From Candidatus Latescibacterota bacterium (GTDB lineage: Bacteria; Latescibacterota; UBA2968; UBA8231): 64,000 nucleotides of DNA. The stretch lies in the NCBI GenBank assembly GCA_965217585.1, contig OZ244561.1, positions 5,664,001 through 5,728,000 on the forward strand, in the 5' to 3' direction. A program made the translations under genes and the position numbers. Shown here piece by piece: positions 1 to 10,500 of this stretch. The notes beneath the pieces are model-generated. The model was not told where the DNA came from and searched no databases. It saw only the letters and a program-made list of their open reading frames with translations. The first letter of the stretch is position 1; each line of letters begins with the position of its first letter.

Positions 1-1578
1 ATGCTGGTTTCGCCGACCCAACTGCCGCCTTCGTTTTTGGGCAAGTTTCCCGGTTCGGCCGGTTTTTTCGGCAAGGGGATCCCCGGCCTGCATCTGGACG
101 TGACCATGCGCTTGGAGACCCCGGTCATGTACTTCTATCCTCCCGAGGGCACGGCTGAGCCAGTGGAGATGGATGTAAAGGCCAGCTTTAGAGGGGGATG
201 GTTGACGGAGTACTATCCCCAAGCTATGGCGGAAACGCCAGGTTTGATCCTAGACCTGAATGGCGCGCGCGTCGTTGGCGGCATCGACGAGCACACTATG
301 GGCTCCCTGACCTGGAAGGGATTGCGCATCGGCGTGGAGGCGAACCCTCCCCAGACAGACGCAGAAGTATGGCTCGCCCCCAGGCGGGTGCGCGCGGCCT
401 CTGTTTCCACGCCGGACGGCGAAAGCGAGAAGTACCTGTTCTACCGAGGGCTCGGTCACCTCGACGCGATGCTGCGGGTGTACCGCAGTGCGGACGGAGA
501 GTGGCTAGATATCCGCCGGCAGCCGTTTCCGGCCGCGGATGAGCCGACTGGAGCGACCATCGGCAGTTCCTGGTTGGCCCATATCCGCGCCGATGGCAGC
601 AGCGCCTTCCTAACCATCGGTGCTCTGGAGATGAGCGGAGGAACAGCGGATGTGCTGGCCAAGGTGCCGGCGCGCTTTGCCGAGAGAGAATTTTCGCCCA
701 GCAACCTAGAACTGCTGCGCACCGACATGCACCGGGCCCTGGTGGCCGAGGGGCTCTTTGCAGACGAAGCCGACGCCATGCTCGACACCTGGCAAGAGGC
801 CTATTTCCACAGTCCGGGCCTGCGCCTCTTTTTCACCGTGCCGCAGGAGTGGACGGACTACTTGCTGCCGCTCGAATTTTCCGCCCCAGTCGAGCTGACC
901 CGCATCATGGTGGGTCGCATCGAGGTGGTCACTCCAAAACAACGGGCCCTGCTGGCGGAGATTGCCGCACGTCCGGTCGAGTTCTTTCCCACGGCAGCAT
1001 TGGCCGCCCTGTTCGAAGAAGATGGGGGCGGAGAACAGTGGGAAAGCGAGATTTTCCAGCAGGTCCAAAAAGGCGACATAGATCTGGAGGAACTGGGGGT
1101 GCCGCTGCCCACGACCTTTGCGGCCTACCTAGACCTGGGCCGGCTGCGCAATGCGCTGATCCTGAACGAGCAGGCGGTCCGGCCGACATCGCATTTGTGG
1201 GACTTCATTAACGCCTACGGGCTGTCCGGTTATCAGCCGCCCGCGACCGCAGAGAGCCAAGAGACCGTGGTGCGCGAAGAATGGGACCAGACCCTGCCCG
1301 CGAGGTTCTCCCTAGAGCAGAACTATCCCAATCCCTTCAACAGCGAGACCTCGTTGCGCTTTGCTCTGCCGCAGCCCACGGCCGTGGAGTTGGCGGTGTA
1401 CAACTTGGCCGGCCAGCAAGTGGCGCAACTGGTGTATGGCCCGCGGCCGGCTGGGTTGTACGCGGTGCACTGGGACGGCCGCAGCGACGCGGGCCGCTCT
1501 CTGGCGACCGGGGTGTACCTGTACCGGCTGCAGGCGGAGAACCAGACCCTGACGCGCAAACTCCTCTTGCTGCGGTAG
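1..1578 (+). CDS. Secreted protein with C-terminal FlgD/T9SS type-A-like domain (probably 5'-truncated by the window edge)
   Basis: C-terminus LEQNYPNPFN...WDGRSDAG...GVYLYRL...RKLLLLR. No signal peptide at position 1, so the ORF likely begins upstream. Core motifs ETPVMYFY and EKYLFYRG belong to a conserved hypothetical family. Confidence 0.75.
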   Translation: MLVSPTQLPPSFLGKFPGSAGFFGKGIPGLHLDVTMRLETPVMYFYPPEGTAEPVEMDVKASFRGGWLTEYYPQAMAETPGLILDLNGARVVGGIDEHTMGSLTWKGLRIGVEANPPQTDAEVWLAPRRVRAASVSTPDGESEKYLFYRGLGHLDAMLRVYRSADGEWLDIRRQPFPAADEPTGATIGSSWLAHIRADGSSAFLTIGALEMSGGTADVLAKVPARFAEREFSPSNLELLRTDMHRALVAEGLFADEADAMLDTWQEAYFHSPGLRLFFTVPQEWTDYLLPLEFSAPVELTRIMVGRIEVVTPKQRALLAEIAARPVEFFPTAALAALFEEDGGGEQWESEIFQQVQKGDIDLEELGVPLPTTFAAYLDLGRLRNALILNEQAVRPTSHLWDFINAYGLSGYQPPATAESQETVVREEWDQTLPARFSLEQNYPNPFNSETSLRFALPQPTAVELAVYNLAGQQVAQLVYGPRPAGLYAVHWDGRSDAGRSLATGVYLYRLQAENQTLTRKLLLLR

Positions 1579-1669
1579 CCGCACGCTCCCACTCCCCAAT
1601 GGCACACCCCTCCGGCCGTATCGGGTCCGTCATCCGCGTCCGAGTTGCCAACTGAGCGCCACCCAAGCG

Positions 1670-3973
1670 CTAGTACGCCACCGCGACCACGCGCCGCCGA
1701 CTGTAGCTTTCCCCGTCTCCTTCAACGCGCAATTCCGCGACGTACAGCCCTGGCGTTACCTCTGCACCCCAACTCCTCCGACCATCCCAAACCCAAGCCC
1801 GACCACCCGCCCGACCCTCCTCTTCCCGCACCCACACCAACCGCCCCGCAAGGTCGAAAATCCGCAGACCGATCCACCGCGCGGCCAAGACATTGACCAA
1901 GTCGAATTCCACCCGCAGCGCGTCGTTGACCCCGTCGCCATTGGGCGTCAACGCCGGTGGCCCCATCTCCACATTGGCCAACAACCGCGCTCCCACGGGC
2001 AAGCGCACGGCATTCGTGCTGCTGGCGACCTCCGCGTACGCGTCGCCCGCATCCACCCGCTGCCGCAACAGCGCGTCGGCGGGACCTTGGGCGATAAAAG
2101 CGTCAAAGCGCGTAGCATCTACAAACACGGTTCCGACAAAGCGCAGTTCCACTAGCTGACGGCTCTTAACCGGCGCGGCCAAGGCGATGGCCACCCCCCC
2201 TTCCGTCGGTGTGGGCGTCGCCTCCACCACCTCGCCTTCCACCAACACCTCCACAAACTCAATCGGTGCGGAGGTTTCCACCTCTAGGTGGTTAAAGCCA
2301 CGGCCCGCCACCTGTTGTGGACGAATGTAATAGGCAAACTCGGTTCGCTCCCCGGGCTGCACCTCGACCGGAAAAATCTCCCCCACCACCTCTTGCGCCA
2401 CTGGGTCGCCGAACTCGATCTCCAGCCAATCTAAGGCCACCCCCGCATCCGGCCGCTCGGCGACCAAGGCAACCTCCAGCTCGGCGTATTGCCGTGGCGA
2501 GGGCGAAGCAAACGGCTCGCCCGGCTGCAAGTACAGCTTGCTCCACGGGCTCCAAGCGGCCCCCGGCGACAGCGCGGTGTCGATCCGGCCCTTAAAGGAT
2601 GGGATGAGCTTGTTGTACTTTCGCTCGGAGACGACCCGGCCGTTTTTGTCGTGATAGGTGATGTCCATTTGCAGGTCATTGCCCGTGCGGCTGCGCACCT
2701 CCATCCGCGTCCCAGCGGGCGCGTCGGCCTGCCAGCGGATCGCGTGTACCTGCTTGTCGCCGCCGAGGTCGATCAGGGGCGAAGGCAACACCACTCGCTG
2801 CGGATGCCCCTCGCCAAAAACCTGCAGCTCGCGCGTGCCGCCCCAAAACTGGCAGGGCGGTACAATGCCGCAGCCCACGCAAGCGGCCGCGCAGGCCGCG
2901 TCCCAAAACACCCATTCGACCCGCACGTAGCGCGTCTTGATCGGCGCAAAGTGGTGATTGGCAATCCCGAGCTGGCGATTGGACATGGTAGCTTTACCCG
3001 CGAATTGCCGGTGCCAGATGCGCGTGCCATCCGGCGCTAGGGACCCATCCGCGGTCAGCACCTCGTAGCGGTCGAAGTTGAAGCGGAATTGCCCGGGCCG
3101 CGACAAAAAATCCCCGACGATGCGCACCAAATCCACCCAAAAGACTGCACCCAAGTCCAAGGTCATGCGCGAGATCACATCAACCGGGCGGTTGATGCGG
3201 CGGTTTTCCGTCCACAGGGAAAATTGGCCGTCGGCCAGCGGTAGCGAGTTGGCAAACGACGCAGCGTCGCCAAAACCGTCGATATCAACGATGATTTCCA
3301 AGCCCCCGCCTTTGGCCGCCAGATCCAAGGAGAGGTTGTCGCCGATGGCTTCGACCTCCACCTCGGCCAGCGCGGCCTCGGCTCCGCAGTCGAGCACTTC
3401 GACGCGGATAAATTGCACAAACGGGTCGCGCACCGGGTCCAGCTCCAGCGCGACTCGGTGCCGTTGGTTTTCCTTGAAGCGCTCCTTCACGCGGTACACG
3501 AGGCTGCCCTCAATGGGGTTGCCGACCACGTCGATCGCCGGCTCCCCAGTGGAAAGCAACACGTCGAAAAGGGCACACGGCTGAGCGGTCTCCAAAAAGG
3601 TCAGCACTACCCGGCGCGCCGCCACGGCTCGTCCCAAGTCGATCTCGATCCACCAATCGTCTGGATCGTCGGCCGGGTCGGGTCCCCAGCCGGTCAGCCG
3701 ATCCCCGTCAATGGCCCGCGCCGCAGTCAGCGCGTTGGAGCCAACCGCATGAATCCCGCCACCAAAGGCCGCGGCATCGCGCACTGGGTCGGGGTTTTTG
3801 CGGATTTCGACCGAGCGGATCATCCCAGTGTTGTCGAGTGCAACAATCCCCAGCGGCAAGCGCCAAGTCCGCCACTCATCGGCCGCGTCAAAGCGAAGCT
3901 GCTCGGCGGCGAGCGCACTTGAGAACAAAGCGCTGACGCCCCACAGGGCGGCGTGGAGTACCTTGCAAGCCAT
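1670..3973 (-). CDS. Secreted discoidin/F5-8-like protein with TPNGDGxND/FlgD C-terminal domain (family 'A' paralog A0)
   Basis: GGAGG then ATG at 3973 and a signal peptide. Motifs WWIEIDLGRAV, RSRTG...WSPWS...SPSPRQY, GEIFP, LTPNGDGVND; ends VVAVAY. Confidence 0.8.
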   Translation of the reverse strand: MACKVLHAALWGVSALFSSALAAEQLRFDAADEWRTWRLPLGIVALDNTGMIRSVEIRKNPDPVRDAAAFGGGIHAVGSNALTAARAIDGDRLTGWGPDPADDPDDWWIEIDLGRAVAARRVVLTFLETAQPCALFDVLLSTGEPAIDVVGNPIEGSLVYRVKERFKENQRHRVALELDPVRDPFVQFIRVEVLDCGAEAALAEVEVEAIGDNLSLDLAAKGGGLEIIVDIDGFGDAASFANSLPLADGQFSLWTENRRINRPVDVISRMTLDLGAVFWVDLVRIVGDFLSRPGQFRFNFDRYEVLTADGSLAPDGTRIWHRQFAGKATMSNRQLGIANHHFAPIKTRYVRVEWVFWDAACAAACVGCGIVPPCQFWGGTRELQVFGEGHPQRVVLPSPLIDLGGDKQVHAIRWQADAPAGTRMEVRSRTGNDLQMDITYHDKNGRVVSERKYNKLIPSFKGRIDTALSPGAAWSPWSKLYLQPGEPFASPSPRQYAELEVALVAERPDAGVALDWLEIEFGDPVAQEVVGEIFPVEVQPGERTEFAYYIRPQQVAGRGFNHLEVETSAPIEFVEVLVEGEVVEATPTPTEGGVAIALAAPVKSRQLVELRFVGTVFVDATRFDAFIAQGPADALLRQRVDAGDAYAEVASSTNAVRLPVGARLLANVEMGPPALTPNGDGVNDALRVEFDLVNVLAARWIGLRIFDLAGRLVWVREEEGRAGGRAWVWDGRRSWGAEVTPGLYVAELRVEGDGESYSRRRVVAVAY

Positions 3974-4144
3974 GGTGCCTCCTATGGCATCGGTCGCCCC
4001 GGCTGGCGTCGAGCCGCCGCAAGCGACGCGGAGCCATAGTATATCGAACCGCGCTTCTCCCTCCAATCCGCGCTTGCCTCTTGCACATTGCCCTTGTTAT
4101 TTAGAGGCACGCCCACCAACCGCGCACCCACTGGAGGAAAAGCA

Positions 4145-5152
4145 ATGCCCGCGCTCACATCTCACCAACTCGACCACTTTGCCAGCGAAGGCTACGTCGT
4201 CGTCAAAGGCGTCCTCGACCCGGTCACCACCCTCGACCCGGTCATCGACGAATACGCCACTGTCCTCGACAGCTTGGCCGACGCGCTCTACGCTCAGGGC
4301 GAAATCACCTCGCGCTACGAAGAGCTTGAGTTCGGCGACCGCTACATCCAGCTCTGTGTTGAAACCGGCCGCATCCACAGCCAGTACTTCGACTTCTCGC
4401 TACCCTTTCAAAACGTCCAGCCCGATACCCCCTTCTGGGCCGGCCCGGCCGTTTTCCGCGCCTTCACCGACCCCAACCTGCTCGACGTCGTCGAGGCGCT
4501 AATTGGCCCAGAAATTTACTCCAACCCGGTCCAGCATGTGCGCATCAAGCCACCCGAGCGCTACCTGCCCAAAAACCAGTTCGGCAACGCCATCCTCGGC
4601 GCGACCCAGTGGCACCAAGACCACGGCGTCGTAACCGAGGAGGCGGACGACACGCAGATGCTGACCGTGTGGTTCTCGCTACAAGACACCCCCATCGAGA
4701 AGGGGCCGCTGATGGTCGCGCCCGGCTCGCACAAAAACGGCCTTTTGCCCCACTGCCCTAACTACATGGACAACGCGCCGCAATTCGCGGGTGCGGCCCA
4801 AGTCCCGGAAAAGCTCTTCGCCGCCGATCAGGCCATCCCCGTGCCGGTCGAGCGCGGCGACGTCATCTTCGTCCACAAGCAGACCGTCCACGGCTCCTAT
4901 CCCAACATCAGCGACGAGGTCCGCTGGAGCTTTGACCTGCGCTACAATCCCAGCGACCAGCCCACCGGGCGCATCGCCTTCCCCGGGTTTGTCGCGCGCA
5001 GCCGCCGCGACCCAGACAGCGAGTTGCGCGACCCGGCCGAGTGGCACCGACTGTGGCTGGAGGCGCGGGCCAGAATGTCCGCTATCAACCAAGACGGCCA
5101 GATCGACGTTCCCTTCCGCCGTGCGCAGATGGCGCACCCTCTGTGTGCCTAA
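4145..5152 (+). CDS. Phytanoyl-CoA dioxygenase (PhyH) family Fe(II)/2-oxoglutarate oxygenase
   Basis: GGAGG SD before ATG 4145. EGYVVV N-terminal motif, WHQD (HxD), TVHGS distal His, RWSFDLRY. Confidence 0.9.
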   Translation: MPALTSHQLDHFASEGYVVVKGVLDPVTTLDPVIDEYATVLDSLADALYAQGEITSRYEELEFGDRYIQLCVETGRIHSQYFDFSLPFQNVQPDTPFWAGPAVFRAFTDPNLLDVVEALIGPEIYSNPVQHVRIKPPERYLPKNQFGNAILGATQWHQDHGVVTEEADDTQMLTVWFSLQDTPIEKGPLMVAPGSHKNGLLPHCPNYMDNAPQFAGAAQVPEKLFAADQAIPVPVERGDVIFVHKQTVHGSYPNISDEVRWSFDLRYNPSDQPTGRIAFPGFVARSRRDPDSELRDPAEWHRLWLEARARMSAINQDGQIDVPFRRAQMAHPLCA

Positions 5153-5157
5153 ACGCC

Positions 5158-6183
5158 ATGCAACCATTCGACAGCTACGGCGACCTGCTCACCTACATCC
5201 AAGACAACGGTCACACTCCACAGATCCTCGGCCGCGCGCCCGACGGACAGCCCATTGTCGCGATCAAAAGCGGCGGCGACAAAACACCGGCCATTTTCAT
5301 CAGTGCCGGCAGCCACGCCACCGAACAGGCTGGCGTCAGCGCGGCCTGCGCCCTCATCGACGAAATCGAGACCGAGCACCAGCTCTACACCATCCCCAGC
5401 CGAGACCTCATCGGCATGAATGGCCTCGCCTACGCGCTCGGCCTGAGCCTAGAAACCCCGGATCTCGGCGGCCTCGACGACGTCGCCCCCTTACTCAAAA
5501 AGCGCGGCGAAGTCCTCTATGACGAAGGCGAAACCGTGGTCGCCCTCATCGGCGAGTATGGCTACTCGACGAGCAACCTGTACAACCATCCAGTAGGGGA
5601 TTGGATCGAAGCACTCAAAGGCCGTCGGCTCTACTTTGCCGCCAGCAATCCCGGCGTCGAGCGCGCGTACACGCTGGTGATTGACCCCGCCGGTGAAGTC
5701 CTCCACCTCAACCGTTTCCACGACACCCCTTGGGCACCCGTCGAGCCGCGTTGCACCCGCGACCTGATGGCCTCCATACAGCCCGGCCTGACGCTAGACC
5801 TCCACGAGCACGGGGGCGACTTCTTCTGGTTTTCGGCGCGGCACCAGCGCACCCCCAGCGACCAGCAGTGGGAGGAGGCCATGGCCAGCGAGATGATCGC
5901 CGCAGTCGCGGCCTCCGGCGTGGCCCTCGCCCCGAGCGACTATTTGCCCGGATCTTTTTTTACCAAGGGGCCGCGCAGCGTCTTCTGGCTCAACCCCCAG
6001 CAGCGCGGCGAGGGCTTCAACCTCGCCGACTTTGCCGCGAAAACCTACGGCTTGGCCTTCACCATTGAGACCGGCATGGAACTGCCCTTTGCCGAGCGGG
6101 TCCACACCGCGAAGATCGCCGTGCAAAAGGCCGTCGAGGTCTTTGCGAGACGCCACGCCGGATGCCCATCGGCCACGCCCTAA
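5158..6183 (+). CDS. M14-like zinc carboxypeptidase/deacylase
   Basis: GSHATE (HxxE), LNR, LDLHE and C-terminal TIET motifs. ATG lies 5 nt after the upstream stop. Confidence 0.75.
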   Translation: MQPFDSYGDLLTYIQDNGHTPQILGRAPDGQPIVAIKSGGDKTPAIFISAGSHATEQAGVSAACALIDEIETEHQLYTIPSRDLIGMNGLAYALGLSLETPDLGGLDDVAPLLKKRGEVLYDEGETVVALIGEYGYSTSNLYNHPVGDWIEALKGRRLYFAASNPGVERAYTLVIDPAGEVLHLNRFHDTPWAPVEPRCTRDLMASIQPGLTLDLHEHGGDFFWFSARHQRTPSDQQWEEAMASEMIAAVAASGVALAPSDYLPGSFFTKGPRSVFWLNPQQRGEGFNLADFAAKTYGLAFTIETGMELPFAERVHTAKIAVQKAVEVFARRHAGCPSATP

Positions 6184-7418
6184 GCCGCTTTCGGCTGCGG
6201 GAATTTAACCGCAATGTCCGGCTGTTTTTCGCTTTTGGCACCTCGATCAACGCCGGCATGGCGCTCTTTTCCCTGCTGTACAACCTCTATCTACTGCGCC
6301 TGAGCTACCAAGAGGACTTCATCGGCCAAGTCGCCAGCATGGCACCGCTGGCGACCGGCCTGTTGGCGCTGCCCACCGGCATCCTGAGCGACCGCCTCGG
6401 CCGCAAGCCCTTCCTCATAGCGTCGGGCCTGCTGCTGGCTGTCTCCCAGTTGGGCCTGTGCCTAACAACAACCCCGGGCGCGCTGCTGGCGTTCTCGTTT
6501 GTCGGCGGCGTGGCCACGGCCTTCGTCTGGGTCAACCACGTGCCCTTCCTCTCGGACAACGCCCACCCAGCGCGGCGCGCCGAAGCCCTCGCCATTTGGT
6601 CGGGCCTGCAAATAATCGTCCGCATGTTCCTGAGCCTAATCGGCGGCTTCATGCCCGGAGTCATGGGCTACTTCCTCGGCCTCTCTACCGAGGCCCCCGC
6701 ACCCTTCCGCTACGCGCTGTTCTTCGGCGCGGCTTGTTCAATCATCGCCGTCGTGCCGATGCTGTACGCATCCGGTGAAACCCGCCGCGAAAGAGCACCC
6801 GCGCCAACTCGGTCGCCGGATAAAAACGAGTCGACGATTCCGCCGTGGCGCGTCTTTGCTGCCATTACCGTCTTGAGTGGCACGCGCGGTTTCTCCATGG
6901 GGCTGACGTACCCGTTCTTCAACGTGTTCTTCGAGTCCGAGCTGGGCGTCGGCCCGGCTGCGATCGGCGCGATCTTCTTCCTCAGCCAACTCGCCAGCCT
7001 ACCAGCGACCTTTGCCGCGCCAACGCTGGTGCGCCGCTTCGGGCCGACGCTGACCATTCTCCCGGCCCGCACTATGGGCGGCAGTGCGCTCGGGATCATG
7101 GGAGCCTTTATCAGCCTGCCATTGGCCGTGCCCATGTTTCTGCTCGTGCGCATCGGCGAAGTCATCGACAACCCGTCCGACCAGCACTTCTCCACCCAAG
7201 TGCTGCCCCGACGCTATTGGGCGCGGATCCAGGGTCTCCGCGTCTGCGGCTTCCAGCTCTTGAGCTTCCTCGGCAGCCTCATCGGCGGCACGCTCATCCT
7301 CGACTATGGCTACGGGGCCGTCTTTGGCCTGGCCTGCGCGTCGCGGATTGCGAGCGGCTTGATTATGGCGGCTTTTTTCGGGCTGCGGCCAGCGCGCCCG
7401 CTTGCAACAGAGCGTTAG
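6162..7418 (+). CDS. MFS transporter
   Basis: About 12 hydrophobic segments and motif A GILSDRLGRK. Confidence 0.9.
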   Translation: MPIGHALSRFRLREFNRNVRLFFAFGTSINAGMALFSLLYNLYLLRLSYQEDFIGQVASMAPLATGLLALPTGILSDRLGRKPFLIASGLLLAVSQLGLCLTTTPGALLAFSFVGGVATAFVWVNHVPFLSDNAHPARRAEALAIWSGLQIIVRMFLSLIGGFMPGVMGYFLGLSTEAPAPFRYALFFGAACSIIAVVPMLYASGETRRERAPAPTRSPDKNESTIPPWRVFAAITVLSGTRGFSMGLTYPFFNVFFESELGVGPAAIGAIFFLSQLASLPATFAAPTLVRRFGPTLTILPARTMGGSALGIMGAFISLPLAVPMFLLVRIGEVIDNPSDQHFSTQVLPRRYWARIQGLRVCGFQLLSFLGSLIGGTLILDYGYGAVFGLACASRIASGLIMAAFFGLRPARPLATER

Positions 7419-7576
7419 TGCTAATCACTCGCGGGGGAATCTAATCACCCACAACCCGCTAGAGTGCTTCCCACACAACGACGAAGTTCCTATTGACACA
7501 GGAACTCCGTTCTGGTAGTGGTTAGGGGAAGTTTCTGGTGGCCGCTAACCACTGATGTGAACATGAAGGGCTGAAA

Positions 7577-10500
7577 ATGAAAAAGGCCTATTTGTTCAAC
7601 GTCGCCCTGTTGTTGGTCGGTGTCCTATTCGTGCCGGCTAGCTACGCTCAGGACTATACTCGCCGGAATCTGCCCGAAGGTGCCCTCGCCCGCCTAGGCA
7701 AAGGAGAGGCGAAAGCGGCGCTCTATTCAGCCGATGGCATGCGGCTGGCGGTGAACAGCAGTCTCGGCATCTGGATCTACGATGCTCACACTGGCGCCGA
7801 AGTCGTTCTGATTCCGGAGGGAAATGCCAGAGTGATAGCTCTCTCATCGGATGGGTCCACCCTAGCCAGTACCAGGGCCAGTACCAAGAGCTGGCGGGAC
7901 AGAACGGTGCGGTTGTGGGATGCGGACAGCGGTGAACTCAAAGCCGTCCTCGAAGGGCATAAGGACTTGATCAGTTCCATGTCGTTTGCCCCCGATGGGG
8001 CCACTCTCGCCAGTGGCAGTTACGATGAAACGATCCGGCTATGGGACGTCGCCAGCGGCGAGGTCGTGGCCATTTTAGAAGGGTATAACGAGCCAGTCCA
8101 TTCCGTGTCGTATTCTCCGAATGGGGCCATTATCGCCAGTGGCGGTAGGGACAACACGGTGTGGTTATGGGACGTCGCCAGTGGGCAGCTCAAAGCCGTC
8201 CTCGAAGGGCATAAGGAGTGGATCAGTTCCATGTCGTTTGCCCCCGATGGGGCCACTCTCGCCAGTGGCAGTTACGATGAAACGATCCGGCTATGGGACG
8301 TCGCCAGTGGGCAGCTCAAAGCCGTCCTCGAAGGGCATAAGGACTGGTCGATCAGTTCCATGTCGTTTTCGCCCGATGGGGCCTCTCTCGCCAGTGGCAG
8401 TTGGGACAGCACGGTGCGGCTATGGGATGTGGACAGCGGACAAACGCAAAATACCCTAGAACCTCCGGGACTTGTCTATTCCGTGTCATATACGCCGGAT
8501 GGGGCCTCTCTGATCGTTGTCAGTGGCTACGGCACAGTGCAGTTGTGGGATGCGGACAGCGGACAAATGCAGGGCACCTTGCCGGGACATACGGTTTGGG
8601 TCTATTCGGTGGCTTTCTCTCCTGATGGAGCTACCCTCGCTAGTAGCCATATAAACGGCGAGTTGTGGCTGTGGGATGTAGCCGGCAGCCAACTCAAGGC
8701 CTTTGAAGGGCATATGGATATGAGCCGGGTCCGTTCGGTGGTTTTCTCACCGGATGGGGTCACCCTCGCCGGTATTGACCACACAGTCCGGTTATGGGAC
8801 GTGGACAGCGGACAAATGCGCAATACCCTGCGAAGTTATATTTATCCCCGTTCGGTAGCTTTCTCGCCGGATGGGGTCACTTTGGCTAGTGGCCATAGAA
8901 ACGGCGAGGTGAGGCTGTGGGATGCGGCCAACATCGGGTCAAGGGCAGAACCCGTTATCCTTCAGGGGCATCTGGAAGAAGTCCTCTCCGTGGCTTTCTC
9001 GTCGGATGGGGTCACTTTGGCTAGTGGCCATATAAACGGCGAGGTGAGGCTGTGGGATGTGAACAGCGGTCAACTCAAGACCATCCTCGAAGGACATACG
9101 GATTGGGTTAGTTCGGTGGCTTTCTCACCGGATGGAGCCGGCCTTGCCAGTAGCAGTAACGACGGCACAGTGCGGTTGTGGGATGCGGACAGCGGACAAA
9201 TGCAGGGCACCTTGCCGGGACATACGGACGATGCGGATGATTGGGTAACTTCCTTAGCGTATTCTCCAGATGGATTCACTCTCGCCGGCGGCGGTTCCGC
9301 TGGCACAATTCTGCTGTGGGATGCGGTCAGTGGCCAGCTCAAAACCACCCTCGAAGGGCATACGGGTCGTGTCTATTCCATAGCATTTTCGCCCGATGGG
9401 ACCATCCTGGCCAGTGGCAGTAACGACGGTACGATTCTGCTGTGGGACATGTTGAACATCCCAAATCCACCTGTCAATATATCCGTCCCACTCGGTTTTG
9501 CTGTCGAGAAATCGTCGTGGTTGGAGCCGATCGCCATGGATCTTATCACGAATCGCGAATACGGCACGGGAATCATCGGTGCGACCATCCGTGGTGCCGC
9601 ATCCGATGATGGAGAAGTATTGCTCTGGAGGTTCTCGGCAGAGGGAGAGGAGCTAGTCGCCCGCATCCCTGCCGAGTTAGTAAACGCAGTGCCGACGGTC
9701 CGTTTCGATCAAACCGGACTGTTTGACAACAAGCTTTTCGTGACGATCAATGCTGGCCCGGATGGACAGCGCACAACCCGTGTCGTAATCGTAGAGCCGA
9801 ACGGCGAGTTTCGCGACGCAATCAACATCTACAATGAAAATTCGACCCAAGCGTCCATTGAGTTCATTAGCCACTCAAGCTATCCAGCAGGTGCCTATAT
9901 CTACGATGCAGACATCGGGCAAGGCCAGTCTTTCTACCGGCTGGATACGTCCTTCAATCTCCACCTGATCGCTTCCCATACCCTACCTGCCGACAGAAGC
10001 GATATCGATCCAATGGACCTGAAGGCCGACCCAACCGGAAAATACGGCGGTCTGCTGACGCTCTCCGATACCGATCTCAACCACCAAAGACTTTCAGGCC
10101 TGTACCAACTGCAAGCCAATGGAGAATGGCGAACGTTGGTGCCGCCGGCACCTGTCAGTGAGCGTCAATTTCAGGGAATCGCGTTCTCTAACGCTGGGCC
10201 TCTTGGCAACGGTCTCTACGTAGCAGACGCCGCAGCGAACAACATTTGGATCGCAAGCCCCAGAGGTCATATCGAAGCCTTTGTAATCGGTTTTGTTGCT
10301 CCCAAGCGCGTTGCCATCGGACCGGAGGGAGCCGACATGTGGGTTACCGATCAGACGGGACTGTATCGGATCTTCTCGACCGATCCAGCCGATCAGGAAG
10401 CTCGCAAAACCACCTTGCCGGTCGCCAGCAGTCTAGAGTCCAACTATCCCAACCCCTTCAACAGCTCCACCCAAATCCCCTACCGCGTCAGTGCCCCCGG

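Noticed and set aside
7900-9450. CRISPR array or DGR template/variable repeats
   Set aside because: The repeats are in-frame WD40 coding units with no unique spacers. There are no cas or reverse transcriptase genes, and no adenine-specific mismatch pattern was evident.
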